This document shows positions 60,487 through 64,000 of a DNA stretch of 64,000 nt, piece after piece. Source of the DNA: a virus; the IMG/VR virus record IMGVR_UViG_3300046524_000141, positions 3,988-67,987 of that record; one strand, 5' to 3'. The position numbers were made by a program, and so were the translations under genes. Below the pieces are notes generated by a model. It did no database searches. It saw only the letters and a list, made by a program, of their open reading frames with translations, and was not told the DNA's origin. Position 1 is the first letter of the stretch. Every line of letters starts with the position of its first letter.

Positions 60487-60497
60487 ATCGGCTCCCG

Positions 60498-61346
60498 ATG
60501 GCAAAGCTCGTATCTCCGACTGGCAAGGACATTCTGCTTCGTCCGGTGAGAGCCAATGCCGGCATTGAGGCTGCATACAAAAAACAGTTGGATAGCTGGA
60601 TTGACGCGATGCACAAGTCGTTGGTCTGGTGGATCACGGCACAGTATAGAGCCAATTCGCCGACGCCCCTCGCACAGGATGCGGGACTGGAATCGTTTCG
60701 GGATGGTAGCCCGGCGAATGCCATGCGTCGTGCGATTCACCGGATGTCGCGGCGCTGGCTGAAGGCTTTCGACAAGGGGGCCGACGATCTGGCGAAGTAC
60801 TTTGTGGACAAGGCTGCCGGCGCCACCGATATACAGCTGAAAGACATTCTGAAGAAAGCTGGATTCACAGTCCAGTTCAAGACTACCGCCGAAGTCAACA
60901 ACGCCATGCAGGCCGCCATTGGCGAGAATGTGGGGCTTATAAAAAGCATCGCATCAGAGCATCTGACTCAGGTCGAAGGCCTGGTCATGCGCCATATGCA
61001 GACCGGTCGCGACCTCGGCGCCTTGACGAAGGATCTGACCGAGCGCTACGCCGTTACAAAAAAGCGGGCCGCTTTTATTGCTCGCGACCAATCCAACAAG
61101 ATGACCGCAGTCATCAACCGGACGCGCCAGAACGAGCTAGGCATCACACAGGCTCGCTGGAAGCATTCCGGTGCCGGCAAGCACCCGCGCCTCTCTCATC
61201 TGGCCGCTGGTCGCGACAACGGCGGAAAAGGCACGCTGTACGACGTTGCCAAGGGCTGTGAGATCGACGGCGAATACATCTGGCCAGGCCAGTTACCCAA
61301 TTGCCGGTGCACGTCGCAAAGCGTGATACCGGGACTCGGAGATTGA
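60498..61346 (+). CDS. Minor head morphogenesis protein (SPP1 gp7/Mu F-like)
   Basis: ENV.LIKSI, RA.FIARDQ and PGQ..NCRC motifs. Confidence 0.9.
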   Translation: MAKLVSPTGKDILLRPVRANAGIEAAYKKQLDSWIDAMHKSLVWWITAQYRANSPTPLAQDAGLESFRDGSPANAMRRAIHRMSRRWLKAFDKGADDLAKYFVDKAAGATDIQLKDILKKAGFTVQFKTTAEVNNAMQAAIGENVGLIKSIASEHLTQVEGLVMRHMQTGRDLGALTKDLTERYAVTKKRAAFIARDQSNKMTAVINRTRQNELGITQARWKHSGAGKHPRLSHLAAGRDNGGKGTLYDVAKGCEIDGEYIWPGQLPNCRCTSQSVIPGLGD

Positions 61347-61347
61347 G

Positions 61348-61641
61348 ATGGCAATCGCATCATTCGCGCCGACTGCCGCTGTAGAGATGGCGGTAACGGC
61401 GACATCGTCGCAAGTAGCGCTGCCCACGACAGGCACACCGACAATCGCTCTGCTGACGAATCTCGGCATTCAGCCCGTCTTCGTCACGCTCGGCGCCAGT
61501 TCAGCAGTGGTTGCGGTGGCTGGTGCATGTGCTGTCGTGCTGCCGGGTCGGTCACTCGCTCTGACTATCGGCACGAACACGAACATTGCTGCGGTGACGT
61601 TGACCGGCGTCGCCGGCCTGAACGTCGCAGTCGGCACCTAA
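61348..61641 (+). CDS. Small beta-rich virion-associated hypothetical protein
   Basis: 97 aa in the head module. Confidence 0.55.
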   Translation: MAIASFAPTAAVEMAVTATSSQVALPTTGTPTIALLTNLGIQPVFVTLGASSAVVAVAGACAVVLPGRSLALTIGTNTNIAAVTLTGVAGLNVAVGT

Positions 61642-61667
61642 TCCCATTCCGCATCTCTGCCTGAAAT

Positions 61668-63089
61668 ATGAACAATGACCGGCTCGCCTTCGACCGCGCC
61701 AGTGTGCGCACGACCGACCAGGATGGTCGGCTGCACGTTGCGGTCACGAATATCTCGAAGGCGATCGTCAATCCCTATCTGGGCGAAGAGATCCCGGAGG
61801 CCGAAGCGCTCGGCCTCGATCCGAAGAAGATTTACAACCTTCTGCGTGATCCCGAGGAACTCGCAAAGGCGGCTCCGACGTTCAATAGCGTTCCACTTCT
61901 GCTTATCCACAAGCCGTCGACCGCCAATGACCATCCGCGATCGGTCACGGTTGGAACGACCGGCTCAGAAGCCTCATTCGATGCACCTTACCTGCGCAAC
62001 AGCCTGACGGTATGGGATGCAGAAGGAATCGAGGCAATCGAATCAAAGCAGCAACAGGAACTGTCGTGCGGCTATCGATACACCGCCGACATGACGCCTG
62101 GCACTTACGAGGGCACTCCGTACGACGGAGTTATGCGCTCGATTTATGGAAATCACGTGGCTCTCGTAGTCGCGGGGCGCGCCGGCCCGGATGTAGTTGT
62201 AGGCGATTCACAACCCTTGGAGATTCAAAACATGAGCATCAAGAAGCCCCTTTCTCGGAAAGCTGCTTTGGCTAAGGGGGCGCTGATCGCTCTAAAGCCG
62301 AAACTCGCCGCTGACGCGAAGCTGGACCTTAACCCGATCCTGGCCGGCGTGACGGCTGCGAACTGGCTGGTGTCGAAACCGCTGATTGCATCAGCCATCA
62401 AGCCGAAGCTGGCGAAAGATGCAGACCTTGACAGCGTCATGCAGTTGCTCGACAGCCTGGACGGTGGCGATGAGGACGATCTGGACGTCGGACTTGACGA
62501 CGAGCCGGCCGAGATGCCCGCGGTCGATGCGAGCCCGGTCGACGATATCTGCTCGATGCTGAAAGGCAAGATCAGCGACGAAGACATGAGCGCCATCGAG
62601 TCCAAGTTGCGCGGCCTGAAACTGGCCGGCGACGAGGAAGACACCCCGCCCGCAGCCGCAGCAAAACCCGACGACAAGCCCGCTATGGACAATCCCCCGC
62701 CGACCCCTGGAACGAATGCCCCTGGCGGCAAGCCGGCGACCGAGAAGGACGATTCGGTCAGCAAACCCGCAATGGACGCTGCGATCAACACCGCAGTCAA
62801 GGCCGCTGAAGCCGCAACCATCAAGCGCCTCAACGACATCGCGGATGCGAAGGAAGTCGCTCACGCCTACGTCGGCAAGTTGTCCGTTGCATTCGACAGT
62901 GCCGAGAGCGTGTACCGCACCGCCCTCGAGACGCTTGGCGTGAAGGTCGACGGCATCCATCCGAGCGCTTTCCGCGCCGTGCTCGAAGCACAGCCGAAGC
63001 CGGGATTCGTTCAGCCCCGCATCGCACAGGACAGCGCCGTTCCGGTCGACTTCGCGTCGGCATTCCCCAACGCTGGCCGGCTCAACTAA
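61668..63089 (+). CDS. Prohead protease/scaffold (DUF2213-type)
   Basis: ISKA.VNPY.G.EIP, ELSCGY and NHVALV..GRAG motifs; repeated AxD (AMD/AQD) putative cleavage motifs. Confidence 0.88.
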   Translation: MNNDRLAFDRASVRTTDQDGRLHVAVTNISKAIVNPYLGEEIPEAEALGLDPKKIYNLLRDPEELAKAAPTFNSVPLLLIHKPSTANDHPRSVTVGTTGSEASFDAPYLRNSLTVWDAEGIEAIESKQQQELSCGYRYTADMTPGTYEGTPYDGVMRSIYGNHVALVVAGRAGPDVVVGDSQPLEIQNMSIKKPLSRKAALAKGALIALKPKLAADAKLDLNPILAGVTAANWLVSKPLIASAIKPKLAKDADLDSVMQLLDSLDGGDEDDLDVGLDDEPAEMPAVDASPVDDICSMLKGKISDEDMSAIESKLRGLKLAGDEEDTPPAAAAKPDDKPAMDNPPPTPGTNAPGGKPATEKDDSVSKPAMDAAINTAVKAAEAATIKRLNDIADAKEVAHAYVGKLSVAFDSAESVYRTALETLGVKVDGIHPSAFRAVLEAQPKPGFVQPRIAQDSAVPVDFASAFPNAGRLN

Positions 63090-63121
63090 GCGCGCAGCCT
63101 TTCAAAATTCAGGAGTAGAGA

Positions 63122-64000
63122 ATGGGATTTCCCACGCAAGTTAATGTGCAGGCAGCTCCGGCCGTTGCCGGCGACTGGTGCGACCGCAACCCGCGTGCAT
63201 TTGTCGATGCGGGTGCGGGTGCTTTCGTCGCAGGCGCCAGCGGTGTAGCGATTGGCCGCTTCGCCTGGGCTGACGCATCGAACCTCACGGTCAGCAACTT
63301 TGGCGCTGGTGTGCCGACTGGCTTCGTGCACCGCGAACAGCAAGCCTTGATCACGACGTACCTCGCCGACAACTCGATGATGATTCCGCCCGGTATGGGC
63401 GTGACGCTCGCGAGCTCGGCTGGCGTGTGGGTGCCGAATGCTGGCTCGACCACGTCCGCTATCGGTCAAGCCGCCTACGCGAACAACTCGACAGGTCAGG
63501 CGCAGTTCGGTTCGAACTGGACCAGTGCCAGCGTGACGGGTTCCATCGCAGCTAACGTGGTGACGGGTTCGATTGCTGGCACGACGCTGACTGTCTCGGC
63601 AGTTACCTCCGGCGTCCTGGCGGTCGGCCAGACGATCAGTGGCACGGGCGTGACCGCCGGCACCACGATCACTGCGCTCGGTACCGGCACGGGCGGCATG
63701 GGCACGTACACGGTCAGCGCATCGCAAACCGTCACGAGCACCGCGATTACCGCATCGGGCGGCGTTCTGTCAGTCACCGCGGTTACCTCCGGCGCGATCG
63801 CTCTGGGCGAAGTGCTTACCGGTGCCGGCATCACGGCCAACACCGCAGTCACCGGCTTCATCACCGGCTCGGGCGGCGTGGGCACCTATGCGGTGAGCAT
63901 CGGCCAAACCGTAGCATCGGAAGCGATCACGGTCATCACCGGCACGCAGACCAAATGGGTAGCTCTTTCGGTCGGCGCCCCTGGCGAACTGGTCAAGATG
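63122..64000 (+). CDS. Head decoration/cement protein with inserted repeat domains, 3'-partial
   Basis: AGGAG RBS; [16 protein letters not shown]...GRFAW...[12 protein letters not shown]; frame open to the window end. Confidence 0.75.
   Translation, partial: MGFPTQVNVQAAPAVAGDWCDRNPRAFVDAGAGAFVAGASGVAIGRFAWADASNLTVSNFGAGVPTGFVHREQQALITTYLADNSMMIPPGMGVTLASSAGVWVPNAGSTTSAIGQAAYANNSTGQAQFGSNWTSASVTGSIAANVVTGSIAGTTLTVSAVTSGVLAVGQTISGTGVTAGTTITALGTGTGGMGTYTVSASQTVTSTAITASGGVLSVTAVTSGAIALGEVLTGAGITANTAVTGFITGSGGVGTYAVSIGQTVASEAITVITGTQTKWVALSVGAPGELVKM

Noticed and set aside
1-64000. CRISPR array, IS element or rRNA
   Set aside because: No regularly spaced repeats, transposase or rRNA-like sequence were found by eye.

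Overview
The window is almost the whole genome of a temperate tailed phage, read from a circularly permuted or excised form. It starts inside a neck gene, ends inside a head decoration gene, and has an intact attP; the major capsid gene is not in view. The contractile-tail and head modules (DUF3383-type sheath, baseplate J, DUF1073-type portal, DUF2213-type protease/scaffold) are combined with lambdoid control: cI/cro with two operator triplets, ERF/exonuclease/SSB recombination, O-like plus DnaC replication, a nin region, a Q-like antiterminator and pR'/tR'. The integrase targets the 3' part of a tRNA-Sec (selC) gene. A Burkholderiaceae-like host is inferred from composition and gene style only. 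Most unusual features: (1) several tRNA-like, apparently non-decoding structured RNAs, namely a stand-alone gene at 22726, two related copies in the pL leader and degenerate cloverleaves after pR', together with an RtcB RNA ligase; (2) two fully dual-coding loci, a split C5-methyltransferase and an HTH gene nested in an SGNH lipoprotein ORF; (3) a lysis cassette with a class-3 lipase and lipoproteins but no recognisable Rz/Rz1; (4) LexA-type boxes inside and beside attP. All family assignments come from motifs recognised by eye; no searches were run.
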